Notes: generated by a model from the sequence alone, not told the origin. Shown: positions 40,006-52,377, counted from the stretch's first letter. The stretch is 64,000 nt of DNA from Lingula anatina (GCA_051362555.1 CM120641.1:28712401-28776400), one strand, 5' to 3'. A program made the numbers and translations.

Positions 40006-40230
40006 ATTTATAAAGTGTTTGTAAAAAGTTGCTTAATTCACACCAGAAAATCGTTGCGGTTATTGCTCATACTACTTACCAGTACATAATTATACGGTTT
40101 TTTTTACATTGTACACGCTTCTATCGAACTTCCTGAAACAGCATTTTTGAAATCTGCTCTAATTATGTAACATGATATTTGAGAAGATCAAAATCTCAAA
40201 CCCTCTTTTTAGCTCTGGCGTTATACCGAT

Positions 40231-40261
<31 letters not shown>

Positions 40262-42117
40262 AGGGGGGGGGAAGGGTCGGTTTCGTATCCACGGACCCCC
40301 CATTCAATTAATCCGGGATCCGCCCCTGATTCAGTCATACGTGCAGGAACCAGGAGGTATGGGGCACTGCCCATTTCATTAATCCAAATGTAAATTGTAA
40401 TATGCTATTAAAATTATACCCTAAAACAGTATGCTATAGAGATAAAAAAAATCCAAATAGCTACATACTCGAGAACATCTTACACCTATCTCAGCTATCA
40501 CGTGATGCAAATAAGTTCCCTGGGGGCCAGGGGTCAAGTTAGGTATATTGTGAGACAATTAAATTTGCCTGAAAAAAGCAGATTCAACCAGACTAGTAAC
40601 ATAAGTATGTCAACACTGAAAACTTGATGCTCAGGACCATTGCTTATCATGACTACATGCATAAAATGAGCAGAAATTCGAGTCCGTCACAATAATTTTC
40701 TCCAAACAACAGCATTTATTGAAAATTTAATTATTATCTTACCTGTAATTGGTTTTTATGTGAGAATTAGGCTGTTTTTTATCTTGACATGATCTTTACC
40801 TTTGTTTTGTTACTTTTATATCTATAGGGCCTACCTCTTGGTTATTGTGTTCTTAAAGTCTAGTTTACATTTGACATGCGACGTCCGTACGATGCAGTGC
40901 TCGTTTGCGTAAATTCTGGATGTACATAAAAACGCTGAGTCAGCCTATTTTAAGAAACCCCCTCATCCGGGTACTAATAAGGAGTTGCCCCCTATCCAAA
41001 ATTGACAATGGTCATTCACTGTGGAAAGTTTCATGCTTTCATCAACTTTTGCACAATTGTTAGGCTTAGCTGCCTGACTAGACGTGTAAATGCTTAGTTT
41101 TAAAAGATTCCGTGTGGAATGTTATAGCAAACTACAGTCAAGCATCTGATTAATATTAGGCCTATATGGAAAGATGATGATGAATATTTTTTAATATAGC
41201 CAGTCTTGTTAGTTCCATATACACAAAAGCTGGACAGATAGCTCCCTACTCAGTGGTGACCATATGAAACCACAATAGTTGGCATTTTTGCTAATTCTTT
41301 AAAATATCAACAACATTGTTAAAAAATTCACCTAATGATACAGGAAACGGTTAATTTTTTCCGTACTTGTGCGCCAACCACAATTTACACTTGAACTTAC
41401 TTATTCGGAAGTAGATTAAGATTAATAATTCTTCATTTCTTAACGTGTCTTATTGACGATTTCATGCTAATGCTAAATGTGCACACACACATTCAATAAA
41501 AAATTCACAATAAGACAGAAACATTTATAATTGACATAAGCATATTTTTCGCTTAGGCCACTCTGTTTTCATTTTATGGATGGCATCCTCTCGGACCCAT
41601 AAACTAATGCATGAGGGTGAATAAAAAACAACCAACATAATGCTGCTACAGTAAAGAAATACACTGCTGGAAACACAAACTGCAGCACACAACACAGTGT
41701 GTCACACAAACACGTCTGGTATTTTGTTCCTTGAGATCAGGCGAAAATCAATGCGCGCACGGATGTCATCCAAATAAATAAATAAATAAACAAATAAATA
41801 AATAAATAAATCACTGTGGCCTGATATAAACATATTGTCAGTGTAGATTTTGTATGGCTTTCAAATTTATGCGCCCGGTTTTAAAATCATATAGCGATTT
41901 TACGACAATCGTTCACTATCCAATCAAAGTGACAGCCGAGCATGCCAGGGCTCATCCTGTCGGTGTTCTGGCTGATACTCCGAAATGCGATCTGACACAC
42001 ACCTTGAAAACGGGTAGTGTGGTCCGATATACCGGTTAATTCAGGATCCTTAGGTGCCGAGTCTGGTAGTTGGGTAGGCCTGAGTATATGATTTTAAACA
42101 TCGATGGAATTTCTTTC

Positions 42118-45100
42118 TCATTGCTGCTGCAAGTAGGTCTCAAGTAGCCTCTGTAGAGAATCCCCAATGATGCGGTCCGACCTGCCATTCGGACGCGCTG
42201 TGGTCACTTCCCCCGCCAAGACCTCGTTTTCATTCCTATTCTCATTACTGTCGTTTTCATCCTCCTCAACCTCGTTTTCACTGCTACTGGTGATATTATT
42301 ATTATCCGCCTTTTTTCCATCAGTAACAGCAGCTGGAGTTTCCGTGGAAGGTGTGGCAGCTTCAGGACTATCGGGAGGAGCGACAGAGGGGGGCTGCACC
42401 GACTCCTCTACTGATTCCACATCTGTGGGGGCCAGATCGCTCAGATACAGGGTGGCATTATCCTTGAGAGTCTGGACTGGAAGGAAATTAGAAGTTTAAT
42501 TTTAATTCATGTTAAATAAAGTTTACAAAATATAACTTGGTTATATAGACTGATTCAGTATTATCACAGCGACGCGTAAAGTAGAATATCGGCTGGGGCC
42601 AAAATAAAGGATAAAACCTTCAATACACATTCAAAGCCTACATTCAGTAGTGCAAAATTAAGTTTTCGTCTTCAAATAACTTATATTTAACATCGCGAAA
42701 TTAACTTTAAAAAAAAAAAAAAAGAGAAAGGTTTTTTTTTTTAGCATACTGCATTGTTGTGCGAATTGTATATGATTTTAAGACGTTCATTGATTTATTT
42801 TGTATCACCTTCATTCGTCAACTGCTTTTGAAAATCCCTGGATGAGATGCTGTCGTCATCTGTCTTCTCCAAGAAAATCTGCATGATTTTCAGTTGGTCC
42901 AGGATGAACCTCTGGTAATGAAAATGCACAGGTTGTTGAAACGTAAAAATGTATATAATATACACACGCTTTTGCTAAGTTAAGGGGAGGTTTCAAGATG
43001 GACCGTATGATTAAGATTTAGGCCTACTTATATAATTTATTCACTGCTATAGAATTTTTATTTCAAGAAAAACGTTTTACTGGAGTAAAGTAGTAATATA
43101 TAGAGATTACATCCGCGCGAACGAGCTCACCGAAATGGATTTTTTTTCTTTTTTATACTAACCTCCACTAAACCTGCACTTTCCTTTTTGGCCAACAACT
43201 CGACGATCTCTTTGTGGTTGTTATCCCGAGCAACGTTGGAAGGACTTTTCCTATCTCCGTCTAAGACTTGAAAGTTGGCATTGGCCTTCAAGAGTTCTTT
43301 CACGATAGGCACGTTTCCTCTCATGCATGCGAGATGAAGGGGTGTTAGCTTGTAAGCATCACGGGCATCCACATCCGCTCCAAGTTCGACGAGCTTTTGG
43401 ACCGCTGTTAGCTGCTCTTTCATTACTGCGCAGTGTAAAGGCGACATGTCCTTTTGGGCGTCCTCCCGTATTTTTGAGTGTTCCTCATCAATTGTGGTCT
43501 TGGTATCTTCAGGTGGGTCTTGGCCCCAGCCGGATTTCAGTACACGCCCATAGTCGGCCACATCAAGGGAACCTCCCTGTGTCTTTAGGAGAAAGGTTGA
43601 CTGAAGTCGCCTTTTAACGAGAACGTAATGCCATGCAGGTCTGTTTTTATCCTTACCTCGGACAAGATAAACCATGTCACCTTCATATAATAGGGTGCGT
43701 GTCTCAAGCAAATCTGGATCTATCTGAAAGAGCTTCTCCAAGACGTCGATTTTCCCATTACTTGCTGCACTGTGGAAACAGTTTTTGCCCTTGCTGTTGA
43801 CACGTTTGGGGTCTGCCCCGCTTTCGGAAATAATGTTTTCTAGCAAGCTAAGGTGACCCTCAAAAGCAGCACACCACAAAGCATGTGGGGTGACCTTAGC
43901 TCCATTTTCTGCAAGAATTCTAACGATACCACCAAAGTTGTGGAGAGAAGCCACCTCAAGACTTGTACATTGATCTTTTACAGCTTTGTTGGGATCACAG
44001 TTGTTCCTTGTCACGAGGTACTTCACCACATCTTCATAGCCCATTCGAGAAGCTCTTCCGAGAGCAGTTTCACCGAAAGCAGTCACGGCGTTGATGTCGG
44101 CACCGAGTTTTAGCAGGAGAACAACACCTTCCAAAAACCCAATCCCCGCAGCCATATGCAGAGGTGTTAGTTGTCCATCGTCATCTGTAACATCCCCTAT
44201 GGCAGTCCTGTCCTGATTGCATATTTCTTCTATTTTATGAATTTCTCTCGCCCGCACCGTTTTGTGTATATGTTTCAGGTTGGATTCAGATTTGTCGAGT
44301 TTTTTTATCCTTTCTTCCGATTGTTTAAACTTTTTCTTCTCGGCGATTTCTAGGGCTGTACAGCCGGCGAATTCATTGTGACCACTCGCTTTTTGCACAG
44401 AGAGGTACTCCCAGTTATAATGCCTCCAAAGGGTGTACATGGCGTCGTGGTTATCCAAATAAGCTGCATGTTGAAGGATATTGAAGCCTTGTTGATTTCT
44501 GTATTCCAAAACCTTTTCGTAACTGGCACTGCGCGCTGCTATGTCCATCTGATAGTATGGGAAGTTCTGGTCAGCTATTTTCTCGAACAGTAATTCTACT
44601 TCTCGAGATGATGAATCTGAAAACGGCAAACAACTAGTCATCAATGAATTCCAACAAAACTAAAAATGACAATGCATTCTTGATAATATATGCTTTGAGG
44701 TGAGGCCATGGTTGAGGGCTGGAGGTTGAATGTAAAGGAGGACAGTGGCAGGGGCGGATCCAGAGTTATTTTCTGACAGTCTTCCAAATTATCTTTGTTG
44801 ATCCATCCTCCTTTTTCTGACCGTCTTCCGACAGAAATAATTAGATACCCGTCAATGTAAACTTGAAAATCTGACCGTCTTCCGGAAGACCCAGAAGACC
44901 CCCTAAATCCGCCCCTGAGTGGACATACATTTTTTACTTCCCGGGAAGCAACTTTAGGAAAGTAGTGGACACATTTTCAAAAGAAGAAACCCGTTGAAAA
45001 TACTTAAGACACATGGTGTAAACATGCTCACGTTTTTGATAAAAAGGTTGCAATATGTATATCGCACGGTATCAGGGCGACCCCCCTCCCCGACAATCCC

Positions 45101-45840
45101 CCTGTAATGGATTTAATAATGGAAATGAGCAATGTGATATTGAGAAAAATTATAAATGCCTGGCTTTAATGAAAATGTATCTCCAGGCAGAGGTGGGTCA
45201 TCTCAGATGGTGGGTCATCTCACTTATCTAGGTATTCCTTTGATTTAGTGGCACTTAACCCCCCCCCCCCCCCCCCCATCCCAGGTTTCATCACGTTGCC
45301 TGCTTTTAATCAAGGTGCACCTCCAGGTTAAGTTGGGGGTTAACAGTGGGGTAAACAGATAATTTCACACATCCAGGTATCTCCTTGATGAACTAACTTT
45401 TAGTTTCAATTATTTCTAAACTACCCCTTGGCATATACATGTATAAACAAATTTCGAAACTTATTTTCTTTTTCAAGTTTCATTATTATTAATTACGTGA
45501 CCTGTTATTTAAAAAAAAATCATATCAAATGAAATGCAAATAAAATTAAATTTGTTTGATTTTAGAAAAATGGTCAAGTGGTCTACAAAATTTGCATCTG
45601 TAGCATCTAATAATTTGCATCAATGGCATTAAATAATTTAAGGTTACGTTTACCCCCTCAGGTCTGTTTAAGCGCGTAAGTGAACTTCCTTAATCGATAG
45701 CTTTGTTCTTATTTCATGTTCAGTTTCCTTTCTGGTATTCAGTAAAATATTCAAGACATGTACATGTGCTTTAAACAGAAAATTATTTTCTGGGAAGGTG
45801 TGGGTTGTCTTTGGGGGGGGGGGGGGGGTCCAGGGGGATA

Positions 45841-45875
<35 letters not shown>

Positions 45876-46116
45876 GGGGGGTGATAAGGAAGGAATGGCC
45901 TAGAATCATATTGCTTGAACATAGGTATATCAAACTAGAGGTCAAGACTTGCATTCTAATAGAAAAATAGTGACAGAAAGCAGTGTGAAAATGACTAAAT
46001 GATCATCTTTTCTGACATAATATTTTGCTTGTTTTTTTTTTGTGACAGTTATCAATACGTATCGTACCTTTCTCAACCTTGGTGGCTGAACCAACTGCGC
46101 TGTTCTCTTCCATCAT
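42118..46116 (-). CDS. Ankyrin-repeat protein with inserted domain, copy 3. Coding exons 46116-46068, 44616-43163, 42911-42809, 42476-42118
   Basis: Same exon structure and intact reading frames; closer to copy 2 in the first intron and upstream DNA. Confidence 0.9.
44749..44917. mobile_element. MITE with CAGGGGCGGAT TIRs and a 5-bp TSD (AGTGG) in intron 1 of ankyrin copy 3
   Basis: TIR caggggcggat...atccgcccctg. The paralogous site in copy 2 (acagtggtcatac, ~37921) is empty. A near-identical copy lies at 63762-63920. Confidence 0.9.
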
Positions 46117-46499
46117 TGTACGCCTGGTGGTGGTCACTGAAAGCGAATTCAGTCTCGTTAGTTTTAAATTATCCTACCAATTAATCTTTTTATTGATTCA
46201 AGATAAAGATGGTCGTTTTTATCATGACCAACATTAATATTATTTCTGATTGTGCAAAGTTTCGGAGTAAAGCGAGTCTCTATATATCGTTCAAAATGCG
46301 TCATAGACTTTGCTCACAGGCGTATTTCATGTAAATGTGGGTGGAACTTTGAAACTTTAAGGTCGAGATTGTGCCTATTTACTGACCTATACCAGACAAC
46401 TTCAATTTCACTAAAGCACTGCCACACTAAATGATTCTGATCACTAAATTGATATTCATAGCCAAACTTACCTCCTTTAAAACTCCTTCTTTTACTGCT

Positions 46500-46562
46500 C
46501 TTAGTTTCATTTCAAGTGACGTACAGAAAAATCCCCGATCTATTTTTAGCAATGATGACGAA
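46500..46562 (-). promoter_or_regulatory. IRF + NF-kB + CRE-like motif cluster at the 5' end of ankyrin copy 3
   Basis: Minus-strand TGAAATGAAACT (46503-46514) and GGGGATTTTTC (46526-46536); TGACGTAC (46517-46524). Confidence 0.45.
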
Positions 46563-47271
46563 GTTGTTTTGCATTGATTCTGGCCAACCTTTGTGTTTCT
46601 ATAACCTAGTTTATTGATAACCCGGATCGATTTGTTTACACCTGTATTGAAAATTCACGAGTAACCACAAAAAAGTCTGAAATGAAATGCATAAAGATAC
46701 ACTGCTTAAAGTTGTGACTGCGTGAGATCGACATTGCAATATGGTTTCAGCTATTACAGGTCTTTTTACGAACGATAGATCCCAAGAAATAAAAGCAGCT
46801 GAGATATCTGACTGGGCTTTTATCAGCACAGGGAGTAATCACACTGAATTCATTGACAATCAACATTTGCCCTGGGCTTATTCTTTTTAAACCAGAGCGT
46901 TTTTCACATTCTTTGTTCAACTGGAATTCTTAGCATTCTAAAATGCTAACGTCATTTTTATTTATTTACATAGTTTCGTGCATTTGGACAGGTCTATGTC
47001 AAATATTTATGATGTTAAGGAGACCTTGAATCATATACTCAAGGTAGGCTACATGTAAAAGTGCTGTATGTTGGAAAAGTTTTTGTCAGTATACAAAAAT
47101 TGTTTTTAAAAATAATTTCAAAGACATGATATTGTATTCTATTTCATTAACTATAGTTTAAAAGGTGTGTTTGCATCAAGACGAATTAATTATGCATGTA
47201 AACAAATTTCGATAGCTTACAGTGGCGTAGCTCTATCCGTACGGATGTACGCAGTGAGCGAACACATGCTT

Positions 47272-47302
<31 letters not shown>

Positions 47303-48073
47303 TATTGAGATAAAATAGTGGAATGTCAATAACGTCGAGGGACTCTTTTTCTAAATCTGCTCAGTAGTGGATTGCTGTACAAATGTAAAATTTGCAATAA
47401 GGCATAAATAACCGAATGTGGTCACACATGTCACACATAGGCAGCCATTTTTTTTAAATTTGAATATAGTGCCTCGCTCGCGACGTAAGATCTAAACTTT
47501 GCAGGACATAAATTTAAACCATGTGAAATTCACCAGGCAGTTGTGCGTCAGTGCAAATGTTATGTTTAAATATGATACTAATCACTTTAAAAATATGAAT
47601 TGCCCATTTAAAAAGAGTATTAGAATTATATTTATATTCATATTACCTAGTCATTCCTCAAGAGAAAGTATCCAAGATTATTGATATTGTGATCTTCTCA
47701 GGTGTGTCTGCTGAAAAAAAAACCATTTCTTATTTCTTTAGATTGAAGACATGAGAGACGCATTTGAAAGCTGATACAGGAGGTAATTATACGAGAATAT
47801 TATACCAATGGCTCACACTAGTTTAAATTCAGCTTGCTTCTTTCCTTATATGTGTATAAATAATAATAATGATCCTGTCTAAAGGGGCAGTACAGTACAT
47901 TAAGCTTTTAGACGTCATTTACAAGTTTAAGTATATATACTGGTTGTGGGAGTAGGGACCGGGGTAGGGGTAGGGGTTACGTCCTAGCCCCACAAGGTTT
48001 ATATCGGGCATAGGTGCAGGAAGCAGGTGGTATGGGGTATTTTCCACTTCAGTAATCCAAATGTAAATTGTAA

Positions 48074-48326
48074 CAGTGGCGGATTTAGAGGGGGGGGGGG
48101 TCCAGAGGGTTCTTACCTCCCCCTTTGATTTCTGGAAAAAATTACATCGATGGTCCCCGCCTGAAATTATAATTTTGATTAGATGAATCATAGTTCTAAA
48201 CCATGCGCCCTCTAAAATACCCTTAAGCGGACCCCGAACCCCACGCCAAGGGGGGGGGGGGGGGGGGAGGGGGATCGGCTTCGCATCCCAGAACCCCCAT
48301 TCAAATAAGCCTGGATCCGCACCCGA
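48074..48326. mobile_element. Degenerate CAG(T/G)GGCGGAT-type MITE with poly-G tracts; related fragment at ~40170-40328
   Basis: cagtggcggattta...ctggatccgcacccg. The right part, ggg(a)tcgg(c/t)ttcg(c/t)atcc...cccccattcaa...ggatccgc, matches 40255-40328. Confidence 0.55.
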
Positions 48327-49667
48327 GTAGGCACCAGTGTTAAATAGTGGTCTTTTTTATTCACTTTTTTGACAGCTAATGCACTCTGTGATTTTAATGT
48401 AATTATTACGGCATGTGCGCTGATCTCATCTTTTGTCGGCCGGCGAAAAATTGTTCTGTGTGCCGCGGGCTTTAGGAAGCCTTCTTCGACGCCGACAGAT
48501 CGAAGACGCCTGGAGTAGGTTAGGTTACGTGTAGGCCAGGCTAGGTGTAGGTCAGATCAGGCTAAGGTGTAGGTAGAAAATACAATAGGCATTGACAAAG
48601 ACCAAACAAAGTTGTGCTATAAACTTTGGTGTTTGTATTAATTAAATGTTAACTAGCAGGATAGAGACAAGTGTGGTGCAGTGTGCATTTATCGATACAC
48701 TGAACAGGATAAATAAATAGATAGATTCATATAAAGATAAATGTGTAAAAGAAAAGAAAAGAAAGAGAGGTAGAATAAAAAGATCGTTGATGTGAAAAAG
48801 GATGTATGAGAAGCAGGATTTATTTAGAAAAGGGGGTAGGAATAAAAGTTAGAAAATGAAACAAGCATCGAAAATTAAGAAAGTAACACGAATATAGTAC
48901 AGTGAAAAAATTATGATTTCTTAAATTTTTTTTCTGACATTTCCAGTGTTGTGTTGCTTGTGTTAATTTCAGTGTAGGTCAGATCAGGCAAAGGTGAAGG
49001 TCAGCCTAGGAGTAGCCTAGGAGTGAGTTAGCAGTAGGGAAAGAGTTAGAAAATCAAATAGTAATTGAAAAATAAGAAAGTAATTCAAATGAAGTGCTGT
49101 GAAAAAAAATAGTGATTTTTTTTCAGTTTTTTCTGACATTTCCAGTATGGTGCTTGGATTAATCTAGTGTCGACTAGCAGATGTTAACTACAGCATTTTT
49201 TTACCAGGACTAGGGACAGGTGTGGTGCAGTGTATGACCTCTGGCGCAGGGAGCTACTGAGGGTGGAGCGGTGTTGCGGTTTGCTTTTTTTTGCGTGGCC
49301 GCAACGCACCTGCTAGTCTGTTATTTTTATAAACCCTCTCTCCTTCAAAGTTTCCGAGACTTCGTAAGTTTTGACGATGATTTGTGAGGCTTTAAATTTG
49401 TCCTTTCTCGGGTGATTGTTATGGATACTGAGGGACCATTCCCAGACCCTATCGTATTAACTGTGGATCGATCCATCTCCGAGGGAATTCTCGCTATTGC
49501 AATCAACGTAAGCGGCTTAGATGTCCGTGGCAAATGTACTCTTATCTAAAGTACTTGTTTTTATGTAAAGTCTACTGAACATTTTGAATAAATTTAAGCT
49601 CAAAATAATTTATCATTATTTTTTCATTATTAGTATTAGGGAAGAACGTTCACTGCCGTCCATTCAA

Positions 49668-50110
49668 CAGGGCCGTAGCCTGAACAAAATGCCAGGGGGG
49701 CAGTAAGCGGACACGAGGGGGCGAAGCACCCGAGGGGGGAGGGGGTGTCCCCCTCCCACGGTGTGGAAAATTTTTAAAAACTGTATGTATAATACTGCAT
49801 TTCGGTGCATTTTAACTGTTATTTATTGCTCAATCAGAAGTCAGAAATTGTGGGTTCATTTTGCCATAAGTACAGTCATTTTTTTGGCATGAACTGAGTT
49901 GGCTAAAAACAGTACACCTTTGTAAACAGATTGTTGAATAATTGTCTAGTGGCCATGAGTGCATTTTCTCACAGAATTGATACCAACTTTGCAATTTTTT
50001 TTCCCTTTGCGATTATTTTTTATTTTTTTGCACCTCAAATCCCAGGGGGGGGCAGCTGCCCCCCCTGCCCCCCCCCCCCCCCCCCCCCCCCCCCGGAGGC
50101 TACGGCCCTG
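49668..50110. mobile_element. MITE with CAGGGCCGTAGCC TIRs and a 5-bp TSD (TTCAA)
   Basis: cagggccgtagcc...ggctacggccctg, with ttcaa on both sides. A 5'-truncated copy lies at 51777-52042. Confidence 0.88.
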
Positions 50111-50598
50111 TTCAAACTACACTATTATTGGCTTTATTTCCAAATTTGGGCCCCCTAATTGCACAAGTCGCTGTCTTGCCCAAATTCCTAATACATTTAC
50201 AAAGGCGGATCTTTAGCCTCTGAGGGTCCCGATTCCCCTTCTCCCTTTCCTCCCCTTTAACGAAAAAAAACAAAAACAAAAAACAATGCACAAAACCGAA
50301 CACCGTATTTATTTGTTTACGAATGCGATTGGCACTGTTAGCCTATTAGCCGAAAAATATTTCTACAGTGAGACATAGCCACAGTTTAATTAACTCCTTA
50401 ACAGACTTATTTTCGATATAGTCAATTTCTTTCTGTCCTTTCTGTCAATTCAAATACATAGTTTCTAATTTGGTCGATACTGTATTGATTTGTTTCCATC
50501 ATTAATGTGTTTTCACAGTTTATGACCTAATAATGTGGATGTTTCAATGTCTGGACAAAACTCAATTAGAATTTATTTTACGTGACAGTAAGCGCCCT

Positions 50599-52377
50599 CT
50601 AATAAACCGCGTTCCTATAATTGTAACCTCCTCGGCGGCGGGCATAATAATGAAGCAAGCGGCTCTGCAGGTTGTTGGAGACAGGTCTAATGGCGTGGTA
50701 TCTTCTGGGGGGTTCTTCCCTCCAAAGATTCAGATCAAGGCCTGGGATCTGGCTGCAGGGGACTCTCTTGTTGTCTATATTTCCGTACAACTGAAGGAGG
50801 TAGTACCCATGTTGGACATTGAAGCTATAAAAGAAGATGGATATGTTGAAATATTAAAATATGAATGACACCATCTTAGTCCTCTAGCAAGGGTGGTCAG
50901 CTTTGTTTCATCTTATCCTTTGATCAAACTATATCTTTATGCTAACCCTTAAAATCATATACCAACTTCCTGCCACTTGGGTTCCCAGATTAAATGTAAA
51001 CATATTCCACGAATTTCTTGCATCGCAAACAATACATAGCATTACTCACTGCTTGATTACCAGCGTCTACATATGAATATTTAAAGTTCTCCAACTGCTA
51101 GTAAAGTGCTTACTTATAACAGTTGCCCATTTAGTAGGTGTCCATCTAGTGGCAGGTAAGATGAGAGGCAAAGCAAATCAAGAGAGCCATGAAACCTTAC
51201 GGTGGAACACATTGCTCTTTCATATGGCAATTCTGACATGAATGTGTCCTAAATGAATGATGGAAAGAAAACACGACCATGACGGCACCTTGACATTCAT
51301 GCCCTACAGATAGTGCGTGCTACTTACTTTGGTGATCTAATGACATCTTCTAAAGCTCGCAACATCGTTTTAGGTTGGATCGTAAGCATACTGTCTAAGC
51401 TGTCGCAGATCATTCTTGCATAGGAAGACCTTCTCACAGAGTTTATCTGTTCAATGGTCAATCCATTTTCCTTATTTTCAAACCAGAAACGGTCGCCAAC
51501 ACGAAGACGTTGAAATTGTTCGGCAATTATACAGCCAAAGGTGGGACCAACACCAGCTGCAGGAAGAGGCTCTTCTAGCAAACCGCCGGTAAATGAATCA
51601 ACATCATCTGGGTGACTGAAAATATCATCAACAACAAATAAAATATCATCATAAAATATCTGTCCATATTCTAAAATATTTAAACTGGCATTGTTGGATA
51701 GAATGCATTAGTGCAGTTACGTATAAAATGGGCAAACGGCACCAGAGACACGTCTGGACAAATCTTATTTCAAAGACTCCCACGGTGTGGAAAATTTTTA
51801 AAAACTGTATGTATAATACTGCATTCTGGTGCATTTTAACTGTTATTTATTGCTCAATCAGAAGTCAGAAATTGTGGGTTCATTTTGCCATAAGTACAGT
51901 CATTTTTTCAACACAACACGCCAACTGGACCTCATTTCGTAAATTTTTTTGCAATTATTTTTTTTTACCTTTGCGATTATTATTATTTTTTTTTTTGCAC
52001 CTCAAATCCCTGGGGGGGGGGGGGGGGGGGGCTACGGCCCTGCTATTATAATTTACGAAACATGTTCCAAATTATTTTCTATGGATTTCAGGCTGGTATT
52101 ACATCAATGTTCTACTCTATAAAAATACTCTACATCAGAGAGAAAAAGAGAGCAATGGTTAGGAATTCACAGAATGTTCTTTTTAGTTACCTGTACAGCT
52201 TAATTAGTTTGAGGACCGTGGAAGGTTTCAGTCGGAATTCTCGGGGTCCGAACAAGAAGTCATTGAAAGTCTTTGCTCTATTTCCACCACAATATTCGCG
52301 CCAGGCATTGTATCCTGAAAATTACAAGACTTAATGTTCAAAGCTACATAAATAAAAAACTTAATTATAATAATATA

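Noticed and set aside
40159-40393. Poly-Gly/poly-Pro ORFs and G-quadruplex-like tracts (also 45668-45970 and 49931-50216)
   Set aside because: Homopolymer G/C and (GT)n tracts inside MITE remnants; not coding.
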